NCBI GenBank assembly: GCA_048939995.1
Contig: JBHLOY010000003.1
Span: forward strand, 160,001 to 224,000
Direction: 5' to 3'
Source of the DNA: Promethearchaeota archaeon
GTDB taxonomy: Archaea > Asgardarchaeota > Lokiarchaeia > Sigyniarchaeales > SOKP01
DNA length: 64,000 nucleotides
Shown: in pieces, positions 38,360 to 48,680 of the stretch
Layout: every line of letters starts with the position of its first letter
Numbering within the stretch: position 1 is the first letter of the stretch
Translations under genes and position numbers: made by a program
The notes under the pieces: generated by a model
Seen by the model: only the letters and a program-made list of their open reading frames with translations
Told to the model about the DNA's origin: nothing
Databases searched by the model: none

Positions 38360-40369
38360 ATGTCTGATAAGGAAACTTATGATGCAGAGGATATTAAAGT
38401 TCTTAAAGGCTTGGATGGCGTTCGAAAGCGCCCAGCGATGTATATTGGCGATACTGGGAAGAAAGGACTCCATCATCTGATTTTTGAGGTATTAGATAAT
38501 TCTGTCGATGAGGCTATTAGTGGATTTGCAAGTGAAATAAAAATAATCTTAAACATAGATAATTCTGTCCAAATACACGATAATGGACGTGGCATACCAA
38601 TTGATAACCATCCTGAGTTCAATAAACCTGCATTAGAAGTAATATTAGAGCATTTACATTCTGGAGGCAAGTTTGATAAGAAAAGCTATAAGATATCTGG
38701 TGGTTTGCATGGCGTTGGTCTATCTGTTGTTAATGCACTGACAGAATGGTTAGAAGTAGAAATTTGCAGAGATGGACAATTATATAAGCAGAGATTCTCT
38801 AAGGGTAAGAAAATTTCTGAACCAGAAACAAAAAAAAGTAATAGTAAAAAAAGTTATACTAAAATATCATTTTATCCTGATCCTGAAATTTTTGAATTTG
38901 ATCCAAAAGAACCTATTTTCAGTTTTTCTCTGATTGCTAATAGAGTAAGAGAATTAGCTTTCCTTACTCCACAAGCGAGATTCGAACTTCTCAATAAAAG
39001 CAATGATGATAAGGTAGAATATCATTTCGAGGGTGGTATTAAAGAATTTATAGCTTATTTGAATAAAGATAAACAACCTTTGCATGATGATATAATTTGT
39101 ATTAATGATACTTATCAGGATGAAGATGGTTCTACTACTTATTGTGATATTGCTTTACAATATAATCAAGGATATCAAACAAATATTCTTTCTTATGCAA
39201 ATACTATTAATACAATTGAGGGAGGAACACATCTCACTGCTTTTAAATCAGCGTTAACAAGAACGTTTAACTCTTATATTGAGAATTATATGGAGAAAAA
39301 GTACAAGGATCATTTATTAAGTGGATCTGATACTCGGGAAGGTTTATCAGCAGTTATTTCAGTAAAGATACCTGATCCTCAATTTGAAAGTCAAACGAAA
39401 ATCAAACTTGGGAATCCAGAGCTTAGGCAAATTGTAAGTCAAATAACTACCGATAAGTTGACTCAATATTTGGAAGAACATCCTGAAACTGGTAAAAAGA
39501 TCGTTCTGAAGACTATAAATGCAAAACTAGCTCGAGAAGCCGCACAAAAAGCAAGACAACTTATTCGACGTAAATCTGCTTTAGATAGTGCCAGGATGCC
39601 CGGAAAATTAGCAGATTGTTCATCAGATAACCCTGAAAAAACCGAAATATTTATTGTGGAAGGAAATTCAGCTGGAGGATCAGCGAAACAAGGTAGGGAC
39701 AGAACTTACCAAGCAATACTCCCCCTTAGAGGTAAAATTCTAAATGTAGAAAAAGCAAGGATGGATAAAATATTAAAAAATAACGAGATTCAATCCATTA
39801 TAAAAGCACTGGGAGTTGGAATTTATGAAGAGAACTCTTTAAATGGAACCAATGGAGATCATGAAGAAAATGATGATACAGATGACACTTTTGATTTAAG
39901 TAAGTTAAGATACCATAAAATTGTTATTATGGTTGATGCGGATATTGATGGAAAGCATATTGAGACGCTTCTTCTCACCTTCTTTTTTAGATATATGAGA
40001 CCTTTAATAGATGAAGGTCATTTATACATTGCTTGTCCTCCTTTATATCAAATTTCTTATAAAAAGTCTAAGCACTATGTTTATACAGACCAAGAAAGAG
40101 ATAGAATATTAGGGGAATTAAAAGATAAATATAAGTTAAAGAATACAGATACGATAAAAATTCAAAGATATAAGGGTTTAGGTGAAATGAACCCAGATGA
40201 ACTTTATGAGACGACAATGAATCGAGAAACTAGAAAATTAAAAAAGGTCACGTACGAGGATTATCTAGAAAATGATTTAATCTTTTCAAAATTGATGGGA
40301 AAAGAAGTAAAACCTCGAAAAAAATTCATAATTAGCAATTTTGATGAAGTAAATATTTTGGATATTTAG
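38360..40369 (+). CDS. gyrB: DNA gyrase subunit B
   Basis: L.GL..VRKRPAMYIG, EVLDNSVDE, DNGRGIP, GGLHGVG, EGGTH, PLRGK, DADIDG and RYKGLGEMN; ATG 38360 preferred over TTG 38312. Confidence 0.96.
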   Translation: MSDKETYDAEDIKVLKGLDGVRKRPAMYIGDTGKKGLHHLIFEVLDNSVDEAISGFASEIKIILNIDNSVQIHDNGRGIPIDNHPEFNKPALEVILEHLHSGGKFDKKSYKISGGLHGVGLSVVNALTEWLEVEICRDGQLYKQRFSKGKKISEPETKKSNSKKSYTKISFYPDPEIFEFDPKEPIFSFSLIANRVRELAFLTPQARFELLNKSNDDKVEYHFEGGIKEFIAYLNKDKQPLHDDIICINDTYQDEDGSTTYCDIALQYNQGYQTNILSYANTINTIEGGTHLTAFKSALTRTFNSYIENYMEKKYKDHLLSGSDTREGLSAVISVKIPDPQFESQTKIKLGNPELRQIVSQITTDKLTQYLEEHPETGKKIVLKTINAKLAREAAQKARQLIRRKSALDSARMPGKLADCSSDNPEKTEIFIVEGNSAGGSAKQGRDRTYQAILPLRGKILNVEKARMDKILKNNEIQSIIKALGVGIYEENSLNGTNGDHEENDDTDDTFDLSKLRYHKIVIMVDADIDGKHIETLLLTFFFRYMRPLIDEGHLYIACPPLYQISYKKSKHYVYTDQERDRILGELKDKYKLKNTDTIKIQRYKGLGEMNPDELYETTMNRETRKLKKVTYEDYLENDLIFSKLMGKEVKPRKKFIISNFDEVNILDI

Positions 40370-40406
40370 TAAAATTTATTTTTTAACTTAATAAGAGGTT
40401 AATAAG

Positions 40407-42845
40407 TTGAGTTCAGAAAATATTGAAGAGATAATGTTAAAAAATGAGATGAAAAGTAGTTATATCGACTACGCAATGTCCGTTGTTGTTGGAAGGGCTA
40501 TACCCGATGTAAGAGACGGACTTAAACCTGTTAATCGAAGAATTATTTATGCTATGGCACAAAATAATTGGAATCACACGAGTTCTCATGTCAAATGTGC
40601 TAAAATTGTCGGTGAAACTCTTGGAAATTACCATCCCCATGGAGACATGGCAGTTTATAATGCGCTTGTTAGGATGGGTCAAGATTTTTCTTTAAGATAT
40701 CTATTAATAGACCCTCAAGGAAATTTTGGCTCTATTGATGGAGATGAACCAGCAGCTTACAGATATACAGAAGCGCGATTATCTCAGATTTCAGAAGAAC
40801 TAATTGAAGATATCGACAAAGAAACTGTCAATTTTCAACCTAATTTTGACAATTCTACAATAGAACCTATATATTTACCAGGTAAATTACCTAATATTTT
40901 AATAAATGGAACAAAAGGAATTGCGGTTGGAATGGCCACATCTATGCCGCCTCATAATTTAACTGAAATTTGTGAAGGGATTATCGCTACAATTGATGAT
41001 CCTGAAATATCAATACAAGAACTCTTAGAAATTATCAAAGGACCCGATTTTCCTACTGGTGGAATAATCACTGATACTAATGGGATATATAATGCTTATT
41101 CAACTGGAAATGCAACAATTACGATTCAGGGAAAAATAGAAACAGAAACTAAAGGGGATAAGACTCAACTAATTATTACTGAAATTCCCTATTTAATCAA
41201 TAAATCAACTTTAATAGAATCAATTGCTAAGCTAATAAAAAATGGAGTATTAAAGGACATAAAAGATTTAAGAGATGAATCTGACAAGAGTGGGATGCGA
41301 ATTGTAATAGAATTAACTAAAAATGGTCATCCAATTATAATAAAAAATATTTTGTTTAAAAGAACGAGCTTATTAACTAGTTTTAGCATTACTAACCTAG
41401 TTCTAATCAATGAAGGAAAACAACCAAAAATCTTAACATTAAAGGAAATAATTCAGGAATATATTACTCATAGACTTGTTATAATCCAAAAGAGGACTGA
41501 TTACAAGTTAAGAAAAACTCAAGAAAGACTTCATAAAGTAGAAGGTTTACTTATCGCTCTGAATAATATTGATGATGTTGTTGATATAATCAAAAAATCA
41601 AAGGACGTTAATGAGGCTAAAAGTAAGTTAATTGAAAAGTACAGTTTTACTGATATTCAAGTTCAGGCAATTTTAGGGATGCCTTTATCCCGTTTAACTA
41701 ATCTAGAACATCAGAAATTAGTTGATGAAGAGAAATCCTTAAACGAAGATATCAAATTATGCAAAAAAATTTTGGCAGATAAACAAGTGCAACATAATAT
41801 TATTAAGCGAGAATTAAGAGATTTAATCAAAAAATATGGAGATAAACGAAGAACAAAAATAGAATTTGTCCCCTCAGAAGAATTTAAAGAGATTGAAAAA
41901 AAAGATTTGATTAAGAACGAACCGACGATAGTAATTTTTACAAAAAATCAATATATAAAAAGGATTTCAGTGCAAGAATATCAAACTCAAGCAAGAGGAG
42001 GCCGCGGCAAGAAAGGCATGACTGTTAGAGAAGAGGACTTTATCACAGATTTATTTGTAGCATCTACTCATGATACTATTTTAATATTTACATCAAAAGG
42101 GAGAGTTTATTCTATAAAATGTTATGATATTCCTTTACAAACAAGAACGGCAAGAGGAAAACCAATCGTTAATTTCATTGCCTTACAAGAAGATGAAAAG
42201 ATAGCTGATATGATTCCAATTAATAATTTTGATACTATTGAGATGCTTTTGATGACAACGAAATATGGGATAATTAAAAAGACACCTTTAAAAGCATTTT
42301 CTAAATTTAAAAGTACTGGAGTAAGAGCTCAAAGAATTCGTTCTGATGATGAATTAGTTAGTGTAAAAAAACTCTCAAATGAATTGCAGGATATCTTTAT
42401 AGCTACAAAGTTAGGCTATGCTGTTCGATTTGATGAATCAGAATTGAGAGAATTAGGAAAATATTCTATGGGTGTAAAAGGTGCTGACCTAAGAGAGGGA
42501 GATGCTGTTATTGATACACTATTAGTAAATAATGATGACATTATTCTAACTTTAACTGAAAATGGTTATGGACAGAGGACCCTTGTAAAAGAATATCGAA
42601 AAACAGGAAGGGGAGTAAAAGGGGTGAAGAACATTACATTAAATCATACTAAAAATGATAAAGTTATTGCAATTAAAATTGCAAAACATATGGATATGTT
42701 AATTGGTACTGAACAAGGGCAAGTTATTAGAGTTCCAGTAGATTCAATACGAATCACTCATAGAAAAGCTAAAGGAGTAAGAGTAATAAAACTTTATGAA
42801 GGGGATTCTGTAGTAGCAATCGGAAAGTGTGAAAAAGAAGATTAA
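40407..42845 (+). CDS. gyrA: DNA gyrase subunit A
   Basis: DGLKP, YHPHGD, AAYRYTE catalytic Tyr, GyrA-box QARGGRG and C-terminal beta-pinwheel repeats. Confidence 0.96.
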   Translation: MSSENIEEIMLKNEMKSSYIDYAMSVVVGRAIPDVRDGLKPVNRRIIYAMAQNNWNHTSSHVKCAKIVGETLGNYHPHGDMAVYNALVRMGQDFSLRYLLIDPQGNFGSIDGDEPAAYRYTEARLSQISEELIEDIDKETVNFQPNFDNSTIEPIYLPGKLPNILINGTKGIAVGMATSMPPHNLTEICEGIIATIDDPEISIQELLEIIKGPDFPTGGIITDTNGIYNAYSTGNATITIQGKIETETKGDKTQLIITEIPYLINKSTLIESIAKLIKNGVLKDIKDLRDESDKSGMRIVIELTKNGHPIIIKNILFKRTSLLTSFSITNLVLINEGKQPKILTLKEIIQEYITHRLVIIQKRTDYKLRKTQERLHKVEGLLIALNNIDDVVDIIKKSKDVNEAKSKLIEKYSFTDIQVQAILGMPLSRLTNLEHQKLVDEEKSLNEDIKLCKKILADKQVQHNIIKRELRDLIKKYGDKRRTKIEFVPSEEFKEIEKKDLIKNEPTIVIFTKNQYIKRISVQEYQTQARGGRGKKGMTVREEDFITDLFVASTHDTILIFTSKGRVYSIKCYDIPLQTRTARGKPIVNFIALQEDEKIADMIPINNFDTIEMLLMTTKYGIIKKTPLKAFSKFKSTGVRAQRIRSDDELVSVKKLSNELQDIFIATKLGYAVRFDESELRELGKYSMGVKGADLREGDAVIDTLLVNNDDIILTLTENGYGQRTLVKEYRKTGRGVKGVKNITLNHTKNDKVIAIKIAKHMDMLIGTEQGQVIRVPVDSIRITHRKAKGVRVIKLYEGDSVVAIGKCEKED

Positions 42846-42851
42846 ACACTC

Positions 42852-43205
42852 TTACTTTTGAAGATAAGGTATAAGGCATAAAAATACAAGGCTATCAGTC
42901 CCAGTGTTATTAATTCCATGTTCTTCATTGGGAGGAATATAAATTGCATCACCCGGTTGTACTCTTATTTCTTCTGAATCATTAAAAAATACTCCAGATC
43001 CATACAATATATAAATTTCATGATCCTGAGAGTGATTATGTAATGGAACTTTCCCATTTGGCCTAATTTCGAATCTCCTCATAGCAAAATTATGTGCACC
43101 ATCATTTTCATCAATTAACCAACGGACGTATACATCTTCAACAGGAGTTCCATCACTCAAAGTTGCTGGTTTATTTTCTATATCTTTAAAATACTTTTTT
43201 AACAT
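42852..43205 (-). CDS. Cupin domain protein
   Basis: HNH...HE.Y...G.G and PGD...IP....H cupin motifs. Confidence 0.9.
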   Translation of the reverse strand: MLKKYFKDIENKPATLSDGTPVEDVYVRWLIDENDGAHNFAMRRFEIRPNGKVPLHNHSQDHEIYILYGSGVFFNDSEEIRVQPGDAIYIPPNEEHGINNTGTDSLVFLCLIPYLQK

Positions 43206-43270
43206 AAAGTAAATAATTTATAATCAATTAAAATAATATCTTATAATATAAATAAATAAGGGAAGTAAAA

Positions 43271-44194
43271 TTGAGCACAGAATATAATTTAGGGTTTGAT
43301 TACTCTCATAAAAATAAATTTATTATTGAAGATCCTGCTTTTAACGACTTTATTGAGTTTCTATTTAATTCTGATTTGAAATTGGGAAAAATTGAGGAAG
43401 GTATTACGTATGAAAAGTTATCTCGCTATAATGTATTCATTATTGGAGTCCCTATGGCCGAGGCTTTTTTAGAACTCAATGAAATCAACGATCTAATTCA
43501 ATATGTTAAAGATGGAGGATCATTATTAATTCTGAATGATAAAGGAGGAGATAAAGCAAATAAAAATAATTTATCTGAACTCTCTTCCAATTTTGGAATT
43601 AAATTCAATTCAGATCAACTATTTGATAATGAAAATTTCTCAACAGATAATTTTCGACCAGTTATTAAAAATTTTAAAAAACATTTTCTCACCAGAGAAA
43701 TTAATCAAATAGTTCACTCTGGAGGGTGTACCCTAGAAATCATTGAAAATCTTGAGGATAAAGACTTAGATGTAACAGCAGTAGCATTTTCATCTGAGGA
43801 TTCTGCTTGGCACAAATATCTTAGTGAAGGACAATGGTTTGATGAGCCAGTAAAAAAATTTGTGATAATTGCAGCTGCGCGTTATAGCCTTGGTAAAGTA
43901 GTTGCGATTGGCAATTTATCTCTCTTTTCAAGCTTCCATGAAGTTTACGGCATCCATGCGGCGGATAACTTTAAATTAATTGCAAACCTTGTCTCATGGC
44001 TTATGAATAAAGCCCATTCAAAAGAGGCTCAATTGGCTCAACCATTTTATACAACGATACCCATCGACCAAGACTTATACTACTGGATAAAGGAAAAGCT
44101 TGATGAGGCTAGATGGAAAAATATACAGGAAGTTATCAATTTTGCCCTGAAAGTAGTAAAATTTAGAATGAAACAGCAAATTCAAGAAGAATAG
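43271..44194 (+). CDS. GATase-like GIFT/DUF4350 (GldG/IFT52-like) domain protein with C-terminal RHH
   Basis: FDYSH, E...L..YV..GGSLL, N.L...FGI.F, GKVV.IG and N.KLI.NLV.WL; terminal TIPID..L..WI......W.N..EVI..AL. Confidence 0.6.
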   Translation: MSTEYNLGFDYSHKNKFIIEDPAFNDFIEFLFNSDLKLGKIEEGITYEKLSRYNVFIIGVPMAEAFLELNEINDLIQYVKDGGSLLILNDKGGDKANKNNLSELSSNFGIKFNSDQLFDNENFSTDNFRPVIKNFKKHFLTREINQIVHSGGCTLEIIENLEDKDLDVTAVAFSSEDSAWHKYLSEGQWFDEPVKKFVIIAAARYSLGKVVAIGNLSLFSSFHEVYGIHAADNFKLIANLVSWLMNKAHSKEAQLAQPFYTTIPIDQDLYYWIKEKLDEARWKNIQEVINFALKVVKFRMKQQIQEE

Positions 44195-44197
44195 AGA

Positions 44198-44749
44198 GTG
44201 GAAATATTGATTAAATCAAATAAAGACGAGTTATTAATTGGCGTACTTTCAGATACTCATGTGCCCCATAGAGCTTCTGTAATACCTCAGAAAATTATAG
44301 AAGATTTTAAAGGAAGAGATGTTGACTATGTGTTTCATTTAGGAGACTTTACGTCTTTTAAGGTTTATCAACAACTTATTACAAATTTCGGCAGAGAAAA
44401 AGTGATCGCAATACGTGGAAATATGGATTTTGATAAAAATTTAGCAAAAGAATTACCAGAAAGAATAGAAATGGTAATACTTGGTCATAGAGTCTTAATG
44501 GTCCACGGTATGGGAGGTCCAAATATGATCATTAAGCATCTAATAAAAAAGTTGAACCTCCTTAACTCTAATTATGATATTGTAATCTTTGGACATACTC
44601 ATAGACCAGTTAATAAAAAAGAAAGTGGTATCTTATTCTTTAACCCTGGAACTACCACTCCTATAGATAATATGCTAACTATGGTGAGTTCTTATGGATA
44701 TCTCAAGATTTCTATTAATAAAGTTGAACGCGAAATTATATATCTTTAA
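44198..44749 (+). CDS. YfcE/Vps29-family metallophosphoesterase
   Basis: SDTHVPHR, HLGD, GNMD, HG, GHTH and NPG motifs. Confidence 0.92.
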   Translation: MEILIKSNKDELLIGVLSDTHVPHRASVIPQKIIEDFKGRDVDYVFHLGDFTSFKVYQQLITNFGREKVIAIRGNMDFDKNLAKELPERIEMVILGHRVLMVHGMGGPNMIIKHLIKKLNLLNSNYDIVIFGHTHRPVNKKESGILFFNPGTTTPIDNMLTMVSSYGYLKISINKVEREIIYL

Positions 44750-44833
44750 GTTGTTTAATTCGTAATGAAATGGCTAATAGCCACTTGATTCAATCCGAAA
44801 AATTAGCTGAAAATAGATAAAAAAAGCAAATAA

Positions 44834-45448
44834 CTAAAAGCCAGCAATTGATTTTCCTGAAAGCTTTTTATAATGATTCAATACTGCTTGTCGAGCAGCA
44901 TATACAAATGCTCTCTTCACATTAACTCCTTGAATCGCAATTGTCTCATATACTAGACAATGATTTAATCTAGCAGTATCTAACACTTGCCTGATCTTTG
45001 AGATTTCCACAATTTCCTCCAAATCTCTTTTGTTAGCGAGCAAAACAATTGGCACTTCAGGAGGATCAAATTCTTTCACTGGAATAAGTTTATCACCATA
45101 AAATTTTAATAGCTCCTTAAGCGACCAAATATTTTCTTGCCATTGATCAATTAGAGAGTCCCACGTGAAAATTACAGCATCAGTCCCTTTTAACACGGTC
45201 TGTCTTTGAAATTTATGGCGTCTTTGTCCTGCCACGGTGTAAACCTGAAACACTACATTAGATACCCGAGCAACAACACGATCAAAAAAGAGAGTCCGAC
45301 CAGTAGGATCTTGTATTTGTTGCATGTCACCACTTGCTAAACCCTCTTTATGGTATACCCATTCGAGTGCGGTAGTTTTACCACCAAGGCTTGGTCCATA
45401 AAAACAAATTTTAAAGACTAATGTTCCATCTCCTCTACGTGAAGGCAC
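44834..45448 (-). CDS. mglA: MglA-family small GTPase
   Basis: KI..YGPSLGGKTT, RTLFFD, YTVAGQ, LKGTDAV.F..DS and NKRD. Confidence 0.85.
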   Translation of the reverse strand: MPSRRGDGTLVFKICFYGPSLGGKTTALEWVYHKEGLASGDMQQIQDPTGRTLFFDRVVARVSNVVFQVYTVAGQRRHKFQRQTVLKGTDAVIFTWDSLIDQWQENIWSLKELLKFYGDKLIPVKEFDPPEVPIVLLANKRDLEEIVEISKIRQVLDTARLNHCLVYETIAIQGVNVKRAFVYAARQAVLNHYKKLSGKSIAGF

Positions 45449-45642
45449 TTTTTATTCACTCCATAGTATTCTTATGATGTTATTAAAAATTCTCGTTTTT
45501 TAGTTTTACCTATTAGAAATAATATAAAACTTATTTTATATAAAAATTTCTTTTCCAAAAAAGATTATTATAATCTTAAATTCTCAAGCCTTTTTAAAAA
45601 AGAAGTTTAATACTAGATTATTAACCGGAGATTTTTAATTCT

Positions 45643-46710
45643 ATGACAACGGACTCTTATGAAAAATTAAGAGAATTCCTTGATCAATTTCCAATAGGAT
45701 TTCGTAAAACAAGATCAGGGGTTGAACTTAAAATCTTAAAGCGCCTATTTACCGAAGAAGAGGCTGAACTAGCTACATTTTTAACCATACGACCAGAACA
45801 AGCTCGAACTATAGCAAGAAGAACTGGGAAGGATTTATATCAAATAAAAAAGAAACTTGAATCAATGGCAAAAAGAGGACTTATTTTTCGAACACGTAGA
45901 GAAAATAAGACACTTTACAACGCTATCCCGTTTATGATTGGTTTGTATGAATATTCTATTAAAAAAATTGATAAAGAATTAGCTAAACTCTTTAATGAAT
46001 ATTACAATACAGCTGGCCTTGAAGAGATGGGAGCAAGCGACGTTCCAGGTTTTAAGGTCATTCCGTTGCAAGAAACCATACAACCTGATACTACCCTTTT
46101 TCCCTATCAGAAACTCCAAGAATCAATAAGGAATTCAAGAGTAATTTCTGTAACTGATTGTATCTGCAGAAAAGAGGCCCAACTGCTAGGAGAAGGATGT
46201 AATTATCCTATAGAGACTTGTTTAAGTTTTGGAGTTGCTGCGGAATACTATATCGAAAATGGTATTGGGCGCAGGATAACATTTGAAGAGGCGATTCAAA
46301 TACTTAAAAAAGCTGATGAAGCTGGTTTAGTTCATGCGGGAGCTAACTCAAAACACCTTTCAAACATATGTAATTGTTGCCCTTGTTGTTGCGGCTCAAT
46401 GAAAGGTATGACTCAATTTGGTCAAGATAAACATAAATTTATGAATGCAATATTTGAATCAACAATTGAGAAAGAATTATGCGTCGCTTGTGGAAGTTGC
46501 ATAGAAAGATGTCCCGTAAAAGCTATATCTCTAGAGGATATTGCTATTGTCGATCGAGATTTATGTTTAGGATGTGGTTTATGCGCAAGTGTTTGCCCAG
46601 AACAAGCAATCATTTTGAAGCTTAGGGATGATCGTGAAGAACCTTTTGACCGAGTGTTAGAAATGGGGATGGCTATGATTGAAGGAAAACGAAAAAATAC
46701 GATAAAATAA
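45643..46710 (+). CDS. 4Fe-4S dicluster domain protein with N-terminal HTH-like domain
   Basis: CICR, CNCCPCCC and two CxxCxxCxxxCP motifs; paralog of 1656..2774. Confidence 0.82.
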   Translation: MTTDSYEKLREFLDQFPIGFRKTRSGVELKILKRLFTEEEAELATFLTIRPEQARTIARRTGKDLYQIKKKLESMAKRGLIFRTRRENKTLYNAIPFMIGLYEYSIKKIDKELAKLFNEYYNTAGLEEMGASDVPGFKVIPLQETIQPDTTLFPYQKLQESIRNSRVISVTDCICRKEAQLLGEGCNYPIETCLSFGVAAEYYIENGIGRRITFEEAIQILKKADEAGLVHAGANSKHLSNICNCCPCCCGSMKGMTQFGQDKHKFMNAIFESTIEKELCVACGSCIERCPVKAISLEDIAIVDRDLCLGCGLCASVCPEQAIILKLRDDREEPFDRVLEMGMAMIEGKRKNTIK

Positions 46711-46786
46711 GGTTTTGTAAAAAAGATGTAAATTTAAATGTTTTTTCATATTACAAATATAATCTCATATTAAAGGTGGAATCTCA

Positions 46787-47092
46787 ATGTCAAAAGCAGC
46801 AGGAATCGCTTTAAGCATTATTGGAGGGATTATATCAATAGTTCTTTTTGGTTTTTTATTATTAGTTATATATCCTGAGTTCCTAATTTTTGGGAGCCTA
46901 TTTATCCTAATTTTCCAAACTGTTGTGATTATAGGTGGAATCATTTCAATTTTAGGAGGTATCATTTCCATATTTGCTAAAACGCAGAAAAGCATAAGTT
47001 TCGCCTGGATTACAATACTTATTGGAGCAATTTTAGGAGGAGGAAATATTCTTTCAATTATAGGTGCTGTACAAATAAAAAGAGCTATATAA
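46787..47092 (+). CDS. Small Gly/Ile-rich membrane protein
   Basis: 101 aa with 3-4 TM segments; SD-like AGGTGG upstream. Confidence 0.65.
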   Translation: MSKAAGIALSIIGGIISIVLFGFLLLVIYPEFLIFGSLFILIFQTVVIIGGIISILGGIISIFAKTQKSISFAWITILIGAILGGGNILSIIGAVQIKRAI

Positions 47093-47129
47093 AAAAATAT
47101 CTTATGCTTCTTTTTTTAGTATAATGTTA

Positions 47130-47516
47130 CTACTGAAAAAATGTCCAAAAAGGCCAGATGAATGCCAACCCGAAGAAAATAGCAGTTAACAACAAGATTA
47201 TCTGGCCTGCTGATAACATTTTCGATGCTTTTTTATTTTTTAAATCCAAATCAGCCATGAATTGGAAAATATCCGATGAAGTTTTATGTTTAATCATAAT
47301 TCGATAAGTATGTTCCTCAACTTTATAAAAACTCCTTGAAGCGAAAATAAATAGAAAAAATGCACTGATTAACAGAAGTACAACACCATTTGATTGAAAA
47401 ATATCTAGATTCTGTGAGATTGAAATAATAAATATCAAAGAACTAAGAGAAAAGCCAGCATATAGCCCACATAATGTTTTACGAGAGGAAGACGTTCCTG
47501 TAATATATTTTACCAA
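47130..47516 (-). CDS. Hypothetical membrane protein
   Basis: 3 TM segments; frame stays open about 22 codons further upstream without ATG/GTG/TTG, so the start is uncertain. Confidence 0.55.
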   Translation of the reverse strand: MVKYITGTSSSRKTLCGLYAGFSLSSLIFIISISQNLDIFQSNGVVLLLISAFFLFIFASRSFYKVEEHTYRIMIKHKTSSDIFQFMADLDLKNKKASKMLSAGQIILLLTAIFFGLAFIWPFWTFFQ

Positions 47517-47658
47517 TGAATCAAGTTCTTTCCTTCCATCAACTTTTTGTGTGCTATTAATATCTTCTTGAACTATCTTTAATCACCAAAGCTGCCAAAT
47601 TCAAATTATAGCGATAAAATTTCATTAAATTTCTGCTTACAGTATAAGCCTTAATAAT

Positions 47659-47889
47659 TCAATATTCGATACTATTTACTAATATTTCTAACATTTTTTC
47701 AAATTCTAAAAGCAAAGAATTACCATTCCTGCCTTTCAATTCGAAACCCTTGATTAATACTGAATTAAATAAGGATTCTTCCTTAAAGAGAAATTCCTCT
47801 AGAGACAACTTAAAATCATCGAGACTTTTATTATTAATCTCACCAAACTCAGCTATTTCGAACTCATCCACCAAATTTTGATTAATCAT
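47659..47889 (-). CDS. Small acidic hypothetical protein
   Basis: 76-aa ATG ORF with protein-like composition. Confidence 0.45.
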   Translation of the reverse strand: MINQNLVDEFEIAEFGEINNKSLDDFKLSLEEFLFKEESLFNSVLIKGFELKGRNGNSLLLEFEKMLEILVNSIEY

Positions 47890-48299
47890 ATTAATTAGTT
47901 TACCTAATCTCCCTAAGTTTTAATATCTTCATAAAGCTTTTTCTTTTCATAAAAAAAGTTTTAAAGAATTCTTAAATATTACAAATGTTTAATTTCTTTA
48001 TAAAATTTATTAATAGTGAGAAAATTGAACGATCTAATGTCAATTAGTTTCATCTTCCCATCATTTTTCAATTTTAGATGCGATCTTAAACATAGACAAC
48101 TTTCCTAATTATGTAATCTTCTTGTAAAATTTAAAATCATAATTTTCCCATCTTTGCATGAAATACCAATTTATTAAAATATATTTTACAAATTCTAAGT
48201 TATAAAAAATTTTAAAGCAAAAGAGAATTGAAGAAAATTCTTTTGTTTTCTACTAATTTTTTTTAAATATTAATTAAAATTAATTCTAATTGAGAATTT

Positions 48300-48611
48300 A
48301 TGAGTGATTCGAATATCGATTGCAATGATGAAGCTTGGGAGTATTATGATAAACTTACAGATGCATTAAACGGATTATTTGAAATTTTGAATTTAGCATT
48401 AGATCCAAATAGTATTTATTACAAGTGTGGGGTAGATAATTTAAATGCGGTAAAGAGTAGTTTGATTGATGTCCTTATGAAAGATTATGATACTTTAGAA
48501 CTTCAAGACACCTTACGTAGAATTGAATTTGACATAAAAAAGTCTCTATTTTTTGAAAATCCTAAGAAAAGTAATCAACAGAAGAAATCAGATAAAGAAG
48601 AAAATTTTTAA
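48300..48611 (+). CDS. Hypothetical protein
   Basis: 103-aa helical ORF. Confidence 0.65.
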   Translation: MSDSNIDCNDEAWEYYDKLTDALNGLFEILNLALDPNSIYYKCGVDNLNAVKSSLIDVLMKDYDTLELQDTLRRIEFDIKKSLFFENPKKSNQQKKSDKEENF

Positions 48612-48680
48612 ATAAGCAAGGAACATTAAATTTAGTTTTCTAAGAAAATTTTTATTTAAGATGTAAATTTCATAACGATT

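Noticed and set aside
44771-44783. Palindrome TGGCTA-A-TAGCCA between convergent genes
   Set aside because: Too short to assign as an operator or terminator
47890-48299. Possible pseudogene remnant in a long intergenic region
   Set aside because: Only short stop-interrupted frames with no recognisable homology
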